NCBI GenBank assembly: GCA_964474885.1
Contig: CAYYWO010000001.1
Span: 51,480-115,479, forward strand
DNA length: 64,000 nucleotides
Direction of reading: 5' to 3'
Source: Candidatus Hadarchaeota archaeon
GTDB taxonomy: Archaea > Hadarchaeota > Hadarchaeia > Hadarchaeales > JAWBSP01
A program made the position numbers and the translations under genes. Position 1 is the first letter of the stretch. Each line of letters starts with the position of its first letter. Positions 1 to 9,506 of this stretch are shown piece by piece. The notes under the pieces were generated by a model that worked only from the letters and a program-made list of their open reading frames with translations, searched no databases and was not told where the DNA came from.

Positions 1-1985
1 ACAACATCGTGTGGGAAGGAAGTAAACCGACTGCATTTGTGCAGGAGAACGACAACGTAAATGATTCCCCCCCGGCTGGGTCGACTCTGGTGGATAACTC
101 GACACAACAGGGGTCCTGTACAGGGATAGCGAACTTAGACCGTTCAGATGATTCGTACGAAAACATAACAGAAAATATAGACAACAAGCTGAACTGGGTG
201 TTGGTTATCCAGCATGTTTCTCCCGAGTTTGACAACTATACATTGATGGTTGAGGGGTACATAAGCCCTGATGGGGAGAATGAAAACGTTTCGGTCTGGG
301 TGTGGAATGTTAGTACTTCCCAGTGGGAGCAAATCGGTACCGAGAACCTCACCGGTGTGGAGAAGACCCTGACGAAGGTCATAGATGGGAGCGACATATC
401 GAATTACCTTGTTAACGGACATGAGTTACACATCCGCTTCTTCAACGATAATGCAGATTTGGTTCAAACGAGTGTTCACGTAGACTTGTGTATTGTGATG
501 GAAAATGTCACCTATACGAGCGGTGTCAAGCTTCAAGTCAGCGTCAGCGCCGACAATGTTACATGGTCGGACAACCTAGGCCCAGATGGCCCTTCCAGTT
601 ATTTCGATACCCCCTCAACCACCGTCAATCTCGAGAACATCCCAATAGGTCGCTACATCCGGTATGTGGTCTACTTCTCCAGCGAGAACGGCCAGTTGCT
701 CAGCGGGGCAAACGGCCCCGTCCTTGACAATGTGATAATAAACTTCACACGACCTACTCACCTGATCAGTCCGGCGGATGACAACGAGACCGGGGACAAC
801 ACCCCCACCTTCAGCTGGGAGAACCGCGCACCGAACGCCCTGTTCTACCGGCTGGTCATCGACAACGATCCCAACTTTGCAGATGGTGAAAACGAATACG
901 ATAACGCTAACATCCCCGGAGTTGAGAACTCGATTACGATAGAGAACGAGCTCCCTGAGGGCGTGTGGTACTGGAAGGTTCAGGTGAAGAGTTCAGGAGG
1001 GTGGGGTCCGTGGTCCGAGGTCTATCGGTTCGTGGTGGACACCACGCCTCCCTCCGCTCCGGTGGTTTCCTCTTCGACTCATGCCGAGGGAGTTTGGACG
1101 AACGATGCCAATCCGAGTTTCAGCTGGACAAAGGTAGGAGGACCAAGTTCGGTCACCTACTACTACAAGCTCGAGGGTTATGATGCAGATTGGCGGACGA
1201 CCGACTCCACAAGTGTTAGTTACGAAAATCTCCCCGACGGAGTCTACACCTTCAAACTCTATGCATGTGATACCGGCGGGCCAAGTCCTGTTGCTTTATA
1301 TGAGGTAAAGATCGACACATCAGCTCCTATTACCCCCTCAGTCACTAGCCCCACCCACGCTGAGGGAGCAAAGAGTAACAACACTAGCCCGATCTTCAGT
1401 TGGGATGCAGTTGGCGGTCCGAGTCCCGTGGCTTATTCCTACATGCTTTATCCGTATGAGACAAGCTGGAAAGAGACCTCAGATACGTCCGTCGCATACA
1501 GCGGAATTCCAGACGGCACGTACACCTTCAAATTGAAGGCCAGGGATGTGGGAGGAGAGAGTGATGTGGTTGAGTACACCTTCACAATTGATACGACACC
1601 ATCTACCGTTACCCTCACTGGGCCTCTTTCTATGGCGGCCCCCTCCCCGACCGGGTGGACATACACTTCGACAAGATCTACCTTGGAACTCTCGGGGCGC
1701 GTGGAGCCGGGTTCAAGGGTGGAGGTGAACCATAGAGAGGTTCCGGTCGCTCCTGACGGCTCATTCAGTCTAACACTCAATCTATTGTCGGGGACCAACA
1801 CCTTTGAGATAAAAGTCACGGATGCGGCGGGTAACGTGACGACCAAGACTCTAACGGTTAATTATTCTCCAGCCCAGCCTGCTCCGGCAGCTCCCGCCCT
1901 GCCGACTCAGGCATACTTCATCATCTCGGCTATTGCCGTGATTGGCGCCGCGGCCGGGCTGTTGCTGGTTCTAAGGAGGGGCTAG
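1..1985 (+). CDS. Large cell-surface protein with Ig/FN3-like beta-sandwich repeats and a C-terminal membrane anchor; 5' end probably lies outside the window
   Basis: The ORF is open from the window edge. It is rich in D/E/N/S/T, has two 92-aa DTxxP...YTFKL repeats, a final Ig-like 'N.F.I..TDAAGN' domain, a Pro/Ala linker, and a hydrophobic helix followed by RRG. Confidence 0.85.
   Translation, partial: NIVWEGSKPTAFVQENDNVNDSPPAGSTLVDNSTQQGSCTGIANLDRSDDSYENITENIDNKLNWVLVIQHVSPEFDNYTLMVEGYISPDGENENVSVWVWNVSTSQWEQIGTENLTGVEKTLTKVIDGSDISNYLVNGHELHIRFFNDNADLVQTSVHVDLCIVMENVTYTSGVKLQVSVSADNVTWSDNLGPDGPSSYFDTPSTTVNLENIPIGRYIRYVVYFSSENGQLLSGANGPVLDNVIINFTRPTHLISPADDNETGDNTPTFSWENRAPNALFYRLVIDNDPNFADGENEYDNANIPGVENSITIENELPEGVWYWKVQVKSSGGWGPWSEVYRFVVDTTPPSAPVVSSSTHAEGVWTNDANPSFSWTKVGGPSSVTYYYKLEGYDADWRTTDSTSVSYENLPDGVYTFKLYACDTGGPSPVALYEVKIDTSAPITPSVTSPTHAEGAKSNNTSPIFSWDAVGGPSPVAYSYMLYPYETSWKETSDTSVAYSGIPDGTYTFKLKARDVGGESDVVEYTFTIDTTPSTVTLTGPLSMAAPSPTGWTYTSTRSTLELSGRVEPGSRVEVNHREVPVAPDGSFSLTLNLLSGTNTFEIKVTDAAGNVTTKTLTVNYSPAQPAPAAPALPTQAYFIISAIAVIGAAAGLLLVLRRG
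1038..1589 (+). repeat. Two tandem 276-bp (92-aa) intragenic domain repeats (1038-1313, 1314-1589)
   Basis: DTTPPSAPVVSSSTHAEG...PSFSW..VGGPS.V.Y.Y.L..Y...W..T..TSV.Y...PDG.YTFKL.A.D.GG recurs with exact 276-nt spacing. Confidence 0.85.
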
Positions 1986-3449
1986 AAGTCCAACAAACTG
2001 CTTCCCTACTATAGTAGCGACCGTGAACGTACTGAGGGATATCAAGATAGCCTTTGGGATGGATCCAGCTATTACTTGAGGGCCCTTCCCTTCCAGACGC
2101 CCACAGAGCCACGTGAGCATCGCTGCCAATCCCATGCTGTAATATCCGAATGCTAGAGTGACGGTAGAGTGGTTCAGCGAGAGAGAGAAGAGGGGCTGGA
2201 ACCCGAGAAACAACAAGATCTGCGAAGTTATCGCTAGGGCTATCGGGCCAAAGAACAGTCCCAGAGACTTCATTGATGATAGAACATTGTTCATTCGCCG
2301 CCTGTATTCCTTTTGAACCCGGTCGAGTTCTTCCAAGTGATCGGCCAAGTGGGTCAGGAGCTTTCCGGCTTCTCTGGGGTTCTTGTTGGCGAGCTCGAGC
2401 GGCCCCTTGAGCGTACCTGCAAGCAGGTTGTTAGGGAGGAGCTCCGGGAGATGCGTTCCGCATTTTATCTTACTGACCAGCGGGGATTCGGGCAGTTCGA
2501 GCTTAGAAAAGATTTGCTCAATGGCCTCGCCCTCCCTGAGCTTGTGCCCCATGTGCCTAAGCATATCCAAGTTCAGCTCGTGGTGCTCGTACCTGTCCGA
2601 CCTCCACGTGTGGACTGTAAGGCAGAGCGGGGGCACCCACAGCAGGTAAAAGGCCCTCACTCCGGAGGGGAGCGCAAAGCCAGGGATAGCCGAGATGGCG
2701 GCCAACAGGATCCCCACCGGGTTGAAGGAGCATCCGCCTCTTCTCGGCTCGGGGGATTTGCTTAGAACAAGCAGACACAGAATGTAAGCTACCAGAAGGG
2801 AACCCCCAAGCAACGAGATCAAAAAGTAGTTGATCGACTGGAAGCCGAAGACGGAAAGAGCAGGTGAGATGGGGACTATGAGAAGGGGCACCAGAATGGT
2901 TAAAGAGTATATGGTCATCAGCGGCATTTGCAACCATGCTATGAATTCCGCACTTCTCTCCCGCATGCTTTTCAAACGGTTCACCAGCAATCTGTCAAGG
3001 ATTTTTTGTCTTTCGTGATCCGGCAGATTCAGTGCTTTCACAAGGGTTGAGACCGCCGATTCCAGTTCCCTGAGCCCGTGTCTTCTGGCGAACCTTTTGA
3101 GCGCCTCTGTTGGCTCGCCCAGCAGGATCCGAGGGAAATACGGGGCGAGATGCTTCCGGAGGGATCGGTGGGAGATACTAGCAGCGTAGCGGGCACCTGC
3201 CTCCAGATTGGGTTCTGTTTTCAAATAGGAGGCTAGGAAAGTTAGAAATCGTGTGGCTTCGGTCTCGAGTTCGGCTTTTTCCCCAGCTCGGGACAGCCCA
3301 GCTTTGAGACTCTCTAGCAGGGGTATGCACATCATAGCCAGGATGCCGAGCAGGAAGAGCCTGTTGAGGGATGAAAGGCATGCTAAGACAAACCCTCCGA
3401 TGGGGGGGAGGAGATCTTTCAGAGATGCAGATGAAACCATGTTTTCCAT
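1971..3449 (-). CDS. Type II secretion/type IV pilus F-family (TadC-like) membrane platform protein
   Basis: Multi-TM protein with two soluble helical domains, directly downstream of and overlapping the secretion ATPase. Confidence 0.7.
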   Translation of the reverse strand: MENMVSSASLKDLLPPIGGFVLACLSSLNRLFLLGILAMMCIPLLESLKAGLSRAGEKAELETEATRFLTFLASYLKTEPNLEAGARYAASISHRSLRKHLAPYFPRILLGEPTEALKRFARRHGLRELESAVSTLVKALNLPDHERQKILDRLLVNRLKSMRERSAEFIAWLQMPLMTIYSLTILVPLLIVPISPALSVFGFQSINYFLISLLGGSLLVAYILCLLVLSKSPEPRRGGCSFNPVGILLAAISAIPGFALPSGVRAFYLLWVPPLCLTVHTWRSDRYEHHELNLDMLRHMGHKLREGEAIEQIFSKLELPESPLVSKIKCGTHLPELLPNNLLAGTLKGPLELANKNPREAGKLLTHLADHLEELDRVQKEYRRRMNNVLSSMKSLGLFFGPIALAITSQILLFLGFQPLFSLSLNHSTVTLAFGYYSMGLAAMLTWLCGRLEGKGPQVIAGSIPKAILISLSTFTVATIVGKQFVGLLAPP

Positions 3450-5353
3450 CGCTCGAACAGGTCTCCCTTCCCGAGGAGATTGTAGAAGGTCAGGTTCGCC
3501 TTCACCACGAATGGTGCCTCTAGGAGGTCGCCCCTCCCCATCCGCCTCGAGACCTCGATTATGTACTCTAGCACTCTGGTTTTCTCCCTCAGTAGTCGCA
3601 GGAAACCTCCCTCATCCAGTCCGTAAGTTCTGCTGATCCTCCGGAGGAAGTGGGAGTCCCGCAGGGAGACCTTAAATCTGTTCTCCCTCGTCTCGTACCT
3701 CACGAGGTCCCTCAGCGAAAGTTTGGGGACTTTTCTGACCTCCGTCAGCTGGAGCATCTTCCTCTCCCGAGTCAGCCCCTCCATCCTGACGGGACCGACG
3801 CAAACCACCAGATCGGTTGCCTTGAAGGATCCCCAGGAAACTCCGAGGTCGTGGATTAGCCGATCGACGACATCAGAACTCGAGGAGGCGTGTATGGTCC
3901 CCATGACCGAATTTCCGATCGCCCCTATCCTCATCGCTTCGAAGATCATTCTAGCCTCCTTTCCCCGCACCTCCCCTATCACGAGGACGGACTCGCCCAT
4001 CCGGAGGACAGCCCGGAAGACCCGGTCGACAGAGATCCTGTGGCTGAAGGGGGAGGGCAGGCGGAGGGTTTGAATTTCGTAACCAAGTCGTCTCAGGGGA
4101 CCGACGGGTAGCTCGGGTGTGTCCTCAAGGACGAGAAGCCTCGTCTTTGGGTGGAGTTCGAAGAGGAGAGCCCCCAGCAGTGAAGTCTTCCCTGCTCCGC
4201 GTGTGCCAGTTATGAGTATGCATGAACTGGCGTTTGTTGCGAGGGATAGGAGGGCGGCAGCTACAGGTGGCATCAAACCATTCATGACCAACTGGGGGAG
4301 GGTCCAGGGAGTGGACTTGGGTTTCCGGAAGGAAAAGGAAATACCCTCCGGGCTCAAAGGTTTGCCCGCCACGGTTACCCTCACACCTCTCCAGTCGAGC
4401 TCTAGGAGGGGGTGGACTTCAGAGAATGGCTCTCCTGACCAGGCCCGGAGCTTTGAGACGAGGCTCTCGACTTCGAGAGGACTTGCATACACATTCGTCA
4501 GGCATTCATCGTACTTTGTGTGGGACAGGTGAACGGGAGAGCTCCCGGGTGGAGCATTGATGTAGACATCCTGCGTGTTAGGATCTTGCAGAAGGTATTC
4601 CAGAAAGCCGAAGCCAGCGGTATGTCTAAAGAGCATCTCGGACAATTCCGTCTTCTTAGGTTCAACATCCGGTCGGGCGAGCTCGGACAAAATCCCCTCT
4701 ATTTGCTTCCTCAAACCTTCCAAGGAGATGGAGGGCTCCAGCGGTGTGTTCAGAAGTATCATCTTGGCTTGGTGCAACAGGGACAACAGCTCGGGGCCGA
4801 GCCTGAACTCAGGAGGGAGGAGATGATAGAAATACTGAGAGCCGGCAGTCCTGAAAATCCTGATCCTAGCCCCCGCCACGGAGTACTCTTCTAGGAGTTC
4901 CCCAGCAGGTGGAAGTGGATTTACTCTGAAGCTCACGAAGGCTGGCTTCAGCAGGGGCTTGGGTGGAGGTCTCTGTGAAATCTCCTCAAGATCCTCCCGA
5001 AGGGGACATTCCCGGCTAATCCGAAGGGAGAGCTCTTTGAACACGTCGTGCAACTGAGGCACTGGGAGCCTAAAGAGGCACGAAAGCTTTTCGGCTATTC
5101 CAGGATCTTGGCTGAGACATCTGATTCTCTGTAGGATCTGAGAGTAATCCTTCAGGGTCTCCAAAGCCTCACCAGTGTAGATGGCCTCGATGACACCTGA
5201 AAGGATGACCTCGTTGACATCCGGGTGCCGTTCCAGAATTGGGAGGACCTCCTCGAGACACGTGTCTATCTCAGCGCACTGTGAGCAGTCAAACCGCAAA
5301 ACTTTGAACCCACCGACCTGAACAACCTTGTACCTGCAGTCTTGCATGTCCAT
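3419..5353 (-). CDS. Type II/IV secretion system ATPase (VirB11/TadA/FlaI-like)
   Basis: Walker A GTRGAGKT, Asp box LEDTPEL, Walker B IGEVRG, His box GTIHA. Start moved to ATG 5353 because the longer ORF overlaps the divergent gene. Confidence 0.85.
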   Translation of the reverse strand: MDMQDCRYKVVQVGGFKVLRFDCSQCAEIDTCLEEVLPILERHPDVNEVILSGVIEAIYTGEALETLKDYSQILQRIRCLSQDPGIAEKLSCLFRLPVPQLHDVFKELSLRISRECPLREDLEEISQRPPPKPLLKPAFVSFRVNPLPPAGELLEEYSVAGARIRIFRTAGSQYFYHLLPPEFRLGPELLSLLHQAKMILLNTPLEPSISLEGLRKQIEGILSELARPDVEPKKTELSEMLFRHTAGFGFLEYLLQDPNTQDVYINAPPGSSPVHLSHTKYDECLTNVYASPLEVESLVSKLRAWSGEPFSEVHPLLELDWRGVRVTVAGKPLSPEGISFSFRKPKSTPWTLPQLVMNGLMPPVAAALLSLATNASSCILITGTRGAGKTSLLGALLFELHPKTRLLVLEDTPELPVGPLRRLGYEIQTLRLPSPFSHRISVDRVFRAVLRMGESVLVIGEVRGKEARMIFEAMRIGAIGNSVMGTIHASSSSDVVDRLIHDLGVSWGSFKATDLVVCVGPVRMEGLTRERKMLQLTEVRKVPKLSLRDLVRYETRENRFKVSLRDSHFLRRISRTYGLDEGGFLRLLREKTRVLEYIIEVSRRMGRGDLLEAPFVVKANLTFYNLLGKGDLFERWKTWFHLHL

Positions 5354-5402
5354 GGAGAACATTGGGTGGAGGTTTGTTTTAAACTGGTAAAGAAACTCTC
5401 TC

Positions 5403-6785
5403 GTGAGAAGAGCGGTTGCGGTAGTGTTCCTGCTATCGCTGGTCGCTTGCGTGGAGGCCTCAACTGTAACTAGCATCTTCCGGATCGAATGGCAAATCCA
5501 GATAAAGAATCCCGGAAGCACGGAGGCGAAGGACGTTAGAGCATTTGTTTTGATCTTTGATAACCGTGAGGGGTGGATTAACCAATTGATTCTAGATGAG
5601 AACCTCCCGGCTACTCGAGTGGATCGAACCGCTGACAACCGGGTTGCCGTCTTTGAAATTAGCCGTCTTAGGCCGGGAGAGGTAAGAACCTACACCTTAA
5701 CCCAGCTCATTAGGATAGATAGGACGGAATTGAACCTGAGTGGTGCATCGAATTCCCCAATTCCCGAGTCTTTAAAGCCCCTCACACGCCCGATTGACTT
5801 CTTATGGGAAAATGCGCCGGAACTCATAGAGGCCGCACGGCAGGCCACAGAGAATTGTGACACGTGGATCAGCAAGGTCGAGAAGATATTCGAGTTCGTA
5901 AAAAGTTACTTGACTTATCAGAAGCAAACGGAGGAGCATAGCGCACTCTGGGCTTACCACAATCGAGTTGGAGACTGCACCGAATTCACAAACCTCTTTA
6001 TTGCGCTCTGTCGGCTCTCTGGTATACCCGCTAAGTTTGTCTCGGCGATCGGGTATGAAGCAGATGGAGAACTATACTCCATGGGACATGCGTATGCCTT
6101 GGTTTACCTCCCTGGCCTAGAGTGGGTCCCTGTGGATTTAACGTGGTCCGCACCCGCCGGGGAACTTGGGACCTCATCAGAGGACAAATTGGCTCTGTTG
6201 GTTAGTGATGGAACGAACCTCTTGAGAGACTCCACTATCTGGACACCCCGGGACAGGATCGTATACTCCTATGTAGGGTCGGATCCCAGGGTGCAGCTGA
6301 GTTCCTGTGCAACTATAACCAAGGAGGTGGGAGCACAAGTAGACTTGGATGCTTCCGCCCTCCTCGAAGAGGGGAATGTTTGGAAGTGGTATGTTACGGT
6401 TCGCAACAAGGGGAAATGCCCCATGCAGAATCTCAGAGTCAAGCTCCAGGCAGACAACAGGTTCTTTGAAGCGCCCCCTGAGCAGACGTACTCCAGTTTG
6501 GGTCCCGGCCACAACAGAACTTTTACTTTTGAGCTGAAAGTCAGGGAAACTGCGGAGAATGTGCCAGTTCGTGCAGTAGTCGAGTACGATACCGTGTACG
6601 GAAGCTTTCAGGCTGTTGGTGAGAGCGTGGCTTCTGTTTATATCCCTTCACCTCCACTCCGAGGGTTTTTTGATCAACTTTACAAATTCTTGGAGGTGGT
6701 CTTAAGGGAGATCAAGGGGAGACCCCCGTATTTACTCTTGGTCGCTCTGGCTGTGGTACTGGTCTTGGCTTTCAGACGCTTTTAA
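5403..6785 (+). CDS. Exported transglutaminase-like (Cys-His-Asp) protein with a C-terminal Ig-like domain and TM anchor
   Basis: Signal peptide; GDCTEF, GHAY and WVPVDLT triad motifs; C-terminal hydrophobic helix followed by RRF. Confidence 0.85.
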   Translation: MRRAVAVVFLLSLVACVEASTVTSIFRIEWQIQIKNPGSTEAKDVRAFVLIFDNREGWINQLILDENLPATRVDRTADNRVAVFEISRLRPGEVRTYTLTQLIRIDRTELNLSGASNSPIPESLKPLTRPIDFLWENAPELIEAARQATENCDTWISKVEKIFEFVKSYLTYQKQTEEHSALWAYHNRVGDCTEFTNLFIALCRLSGIPAKFVSAIGYEADGELYSMGHAYALVYLPGLEWVPVDLTWSAPAGELGTSSEDKLALLVSDGTNLLRDSTIWTPRDRIVYSYVGSDPRVQLSSCATITKEVGAQVDLDASALLEEGNVWKWYVTVRNKGKCPMQNLRVKLQADNRFFEAPPEQTYSSLGPGHNRTFTFELKVRETAENVPVRAVVEYDTVYGSFQAVGESVASVYIPSPPLRGFFDQLYKFLEVVLREIKGRPPYLLLVALAVVLVLAFRRF

Positions 6786-6804
6786 TCGGGAGTTTAACGT
6801 TTAA

Positions 6805-7431
6805 ATGTACGGCTTTACTGGGACCGTTGTGGGACTCCGGTTCAAGGGGGGCATCGCTCTGGCCTCCGACACGCGGAGCACCGCCTATTACCTTGTCCTC
6901 AGCAAGAAATTGAAAAAGATCTTTAAGATCACAGATCACGTTGCAGGAGCCTTCACAGGGAGTCCCGGGGATGTACAAGCCCTAGTGAGTATTTTGCAGG
7001 CAGAGGCACGTTTGTTTGAAGTTATCGAAAAAAGACGGGTTTCCTCGAAGGTCGTCACCCAGATTGCTTCAAATTACCTTTCTGCACGCCGGATCTTCCC
7101 CATGCTAGTGGATGGAATGATAGGGGGTTTCGATCAGGACGGTCCCCATCTGTATTGCTTGGATGCGATAGGTGGGAAGATAGAGGAAAGGAAGTTCGCC
7201 AGCTCGGGTACAGGTTCAACCGTTGCGTACGGGGTACTTGAGCAAAGTTATAAAGATGAGTTGGACGAAAAGGAGGGAGCAAAGTTGGCTGCCTTAGCCA
7301 TACGGATGGCCATTGAGAGAGATGCTGCCACAGGGGATGGGATAACTGTCGCCATCATCAATGAGAAAGGTTTCCGGGAACTGAGCGAGGAAGAGATATC
7401 GAAGCTGGGAGTACCAGCTGTCAAGGCCTGA
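6805..7431 (+). CDS. psmB: Proteasome beta subunit, probably non-catalytic (no Thr1)
   Basis: VVGL.FKGGIALASDTR, KKIFKI, SSGTGS and ERDAATGDG motifs of the Ntn-hydrolase beta subunit. Confidence 0.9.
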   Translation: MYGFTGTVVGLRFKGGIALASDTRSTAYYLVLSKKLKKIFKITDHVAGAFTGSPGDVQALVSILQAEARLFEVIEKRRVSSKVVTQIASNYLSARRIFPMLVDGMIGGFDQDGPHLYCLDAIGGKIEERKFASSGTGSTVAYGVLEQSYKDELDEKEGAKLAALAIRMAIERDAATGDGITVAIINEKGFRELSEEEISKLGVPAVKA

Positions 7432-7468
7432 TCTCATTTTTTAAGCAGGCTCCGGTCAATACTCCCGG

Positions 7469-8346
7469 ATGCGTCAGGCCGGAATGTCACACCAGAAAAG
7501 TTATCTCTTTTGCAACCCGAGGAACTGGCTGAGAAATTCAATCTGAAAACCGGACAAGCTAGAGAGATAGTAGTGAGAGCCAGGGAAGCTGTTGTATCGA
7601 ACTTCAAGACGGCAAAGGAAGTCCTTCTTCAGCGGCAAAGAGTCAAACGCATCACCACCGGTTCAGAGAACTTGGACAGACTTTTAGGGGGAGGAGTGGA
7701 GGTGGGTTCGATAACGGAATTTTTTGGAGAGTATGGTACGGGCAAATCGCAGATAGCTCATCAACTCTGCGTCAATGTCCAACTACCCGAAAGCAAAGGA
7801 GGCCTCGAAAGGAAGGCAATTTTTGTGGACACAGAAGGAACTTTCAGACCGGAGAGGATAGTCCAAATGGCGACAGCTTTGGGATTGGATCCCGATGAGA
7901 CTTTGGATAACATCATCGTGCTCAGGGTGTACGACTCCGAACAGCAACTCTTGTGCCTGAAGACGGTCTATAAAAAAACCGTTCAAACGGGAGCCGCCCT
8001 TCTGGTAGTAGATTCTTTAACCAACCTCTTCAGGGCCGAGTATCTCGGGAGAGAGATGCTGGCCAAGAGGCAACAAAGACTATGCAATTATCTCGGAGCC
8101 CTGAGGAGAATGGCGGAAATGGAAGGGGTAGCAGTTGTGGTAACAAATCAAGTCTTGTCTAATCCAGAGGTCTTCGGTGCCACGATCGTTCCCGTTGGAG
8201 GGAACATCGTTGCTCACGGGACAACGATGAGGGTTCAGCTCAAGAAAGGCAGATCCGAAATGCGCCTTGCGGTACTCGTTGATAGTCCGTCTCTCCCTCC
8301 AGGAAGCGCGGTTTTCAGGATATCGGAGAAGGGGATAACAGACTAG
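7469..8346 (+). CDS. radA: DNA recombinase RadA (or close paralog); apparent 1-nt frameshift near 7485
   Basis: FKTA polymerisation motif, ITTGS, GEYGTGKS, DTEGTFRPERI, VVDS, DSPSLP. The main ORF is 7510-8346; the HhH N-terminus is split between two frames. Confidence 0.85.
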
Positions 8347-8918
8347 CTGACAAAAACGAGGAACGAATTGTAGATACAGTGGCAGCAAGTAGAGCAGAAC
8401 AGACCCCTGAGCAGGTATGCGGTTCCTAGGATAAATCCTCCCACTGTGGGTATGAGCGCCAGCGGGGGGTAGGTTCCGGGGTTTGAGAGATGAAAGATAC
8501 CAAAGACTAAAGAGGAAGCGCACAAGCCCATCCACCGTGAACCACTACTTCGCGATATCTCCTCGAGTAGCACACCCCTGAAGATCCACTCCTCTACGCA
8601 GGCTAGAAAGTTTGTAAGACAGAAGAGAATAGGTTTCGGGATCTTTTCGGGTGTGAGTAGATATTCTTCTTCATTTACAAGAAGATAACCAGCTTGGGAA
8701 AGCAGTTGCCAGAGAAAACCACACACCCCCAGCATAGTGAAGGCAAAAATGGAAGAAATGATCAATGCCTCAAAAAAGCGGCGCTTGTCGAACTTCCAGT
8801 ACCTCGGGATGATCAGCTGGAAGTATCTCGGGTTTTTAGCGAAAATTTTCGTAAGGGCAACTCCAAATAGTACCCCCGGAACTAGCGTGCGGATCGCTGT
8901 CAGGGGATCTAAAATCAC
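8343..8918 (-). CDS. CPBP (CAAX/Abi) family intramembrane metalloprotease
   Basis: EEWIFRG, FGIFH and HxxYN motifs; multi-TM. Confidence 0.85.
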   Translation of the reverse strand: MILDPLTAIRTLVPGVLFGVALTKIFAKNPRYFQLIIPRYWKFDKRRFFEALIISSIFAFTMLGVCGFLWQLLSQAGYLLVNEEEYLLTPEKIPKPILFCLTNFLACVEEWIFRGVLLEEISRSSGSRWMGLCASSLVFGIFHLSNPGTYPPLALIPTVGGFILGTAYLLRGLFCSTCCHCIYNSFLVFVS

Positions 8919-9208
8919 TTTTTCAGTATTTCTTTGAGGACTTTGATTTCTTCTAGAATCTTCATAATCCGCTCATGGTTCTTTTCAGTCTCTAATTGTG
9001 AGAGCAAATCCTGCAGTTTTTTCTCGAGGATCTTGGATGCTTGGGGAATTTCCTTATCGCCGCAGATAGGGCAGAAGATGCGTTCTCCTTCTTGGAAAAG
9101 CGGACTCATGCAGGTGGCACAGTGAATTGGTAACATTTTAGCGCCACTTATAAGTGCCTCCGATATTTTCCGGATTTTTTCACGATTCTTTTCCTCATCC
9201 TTTTCCAT
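8915..9208 (-). CDS. UPF0148 / Sjogren autoantigen p27-like Zn-ribbon protein
   Basis: L..GAKML..HC..C.SPLF.....FCPIC followed by a coiled coil. Confidence 0.8.
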   Translation of the reverse strand: MEKDEEKNREKIRKISEALISGAKMLPIHCATCMSPLFQEGERIFCPICGDKEIPQASKILEKKLQDLLSQLETEKNHERIMKILEEIKVLKEILKK

Positions 9209-9254
9209 CTGCTTTTATCTCTCGCATTGGTAATATTGATTCCGGGTGGTTGAA

Positions 9255-9506
9255 ATGGAAGAAAAAGTAAGCTACGTCTTGGATGTACTCGAGAAAATAA
9301 GGGCAGATGTGATGCTCCCTAGAAGTGCGAGGAATCTTGTCAATTTGGCCATCCAAGAGCTGAAAAAGGAGGGAGATATAAAAATGAAGGCGGCTAGTGC
9401 GGTGAGTCATCTGGACAAAGCCGGGAATGATCCGAATCTCCCACCACACATCCGGACAGGAATTTGGAGCGTTTTGAGCGTCTTAGAATCGCTAACTAGA
9501 GAGTAA
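9255..9506 (+). CDS. UPF0147 family protein
   Basis: D..LPR..R and DPNLP.H.RT.IW...S.LE signatures. Confidence 0.85.
   Translation: MEEKVSYVLDVLEKIRADVMLPRSARNLVNLAIQELKKEGDIKMKAASAVSHLDKAGNDPNLPPHIRTGIWSVLSVLESLTRE

Noticed and set aside
5354-5638. N-terminal ~95 aa of the 739-aa ATPase ORF
   Set aside because: It overlaps the divergent transglutaminase-like gene; an ORF-caller extension.
6805-8346. psmB-radA fusion by TGA read-through or selenocysteine
   Set aside because: The genes are in frame, but a TATA-like box and a frameshifted ATG explain radA better, and I saw no SECIS-like element.
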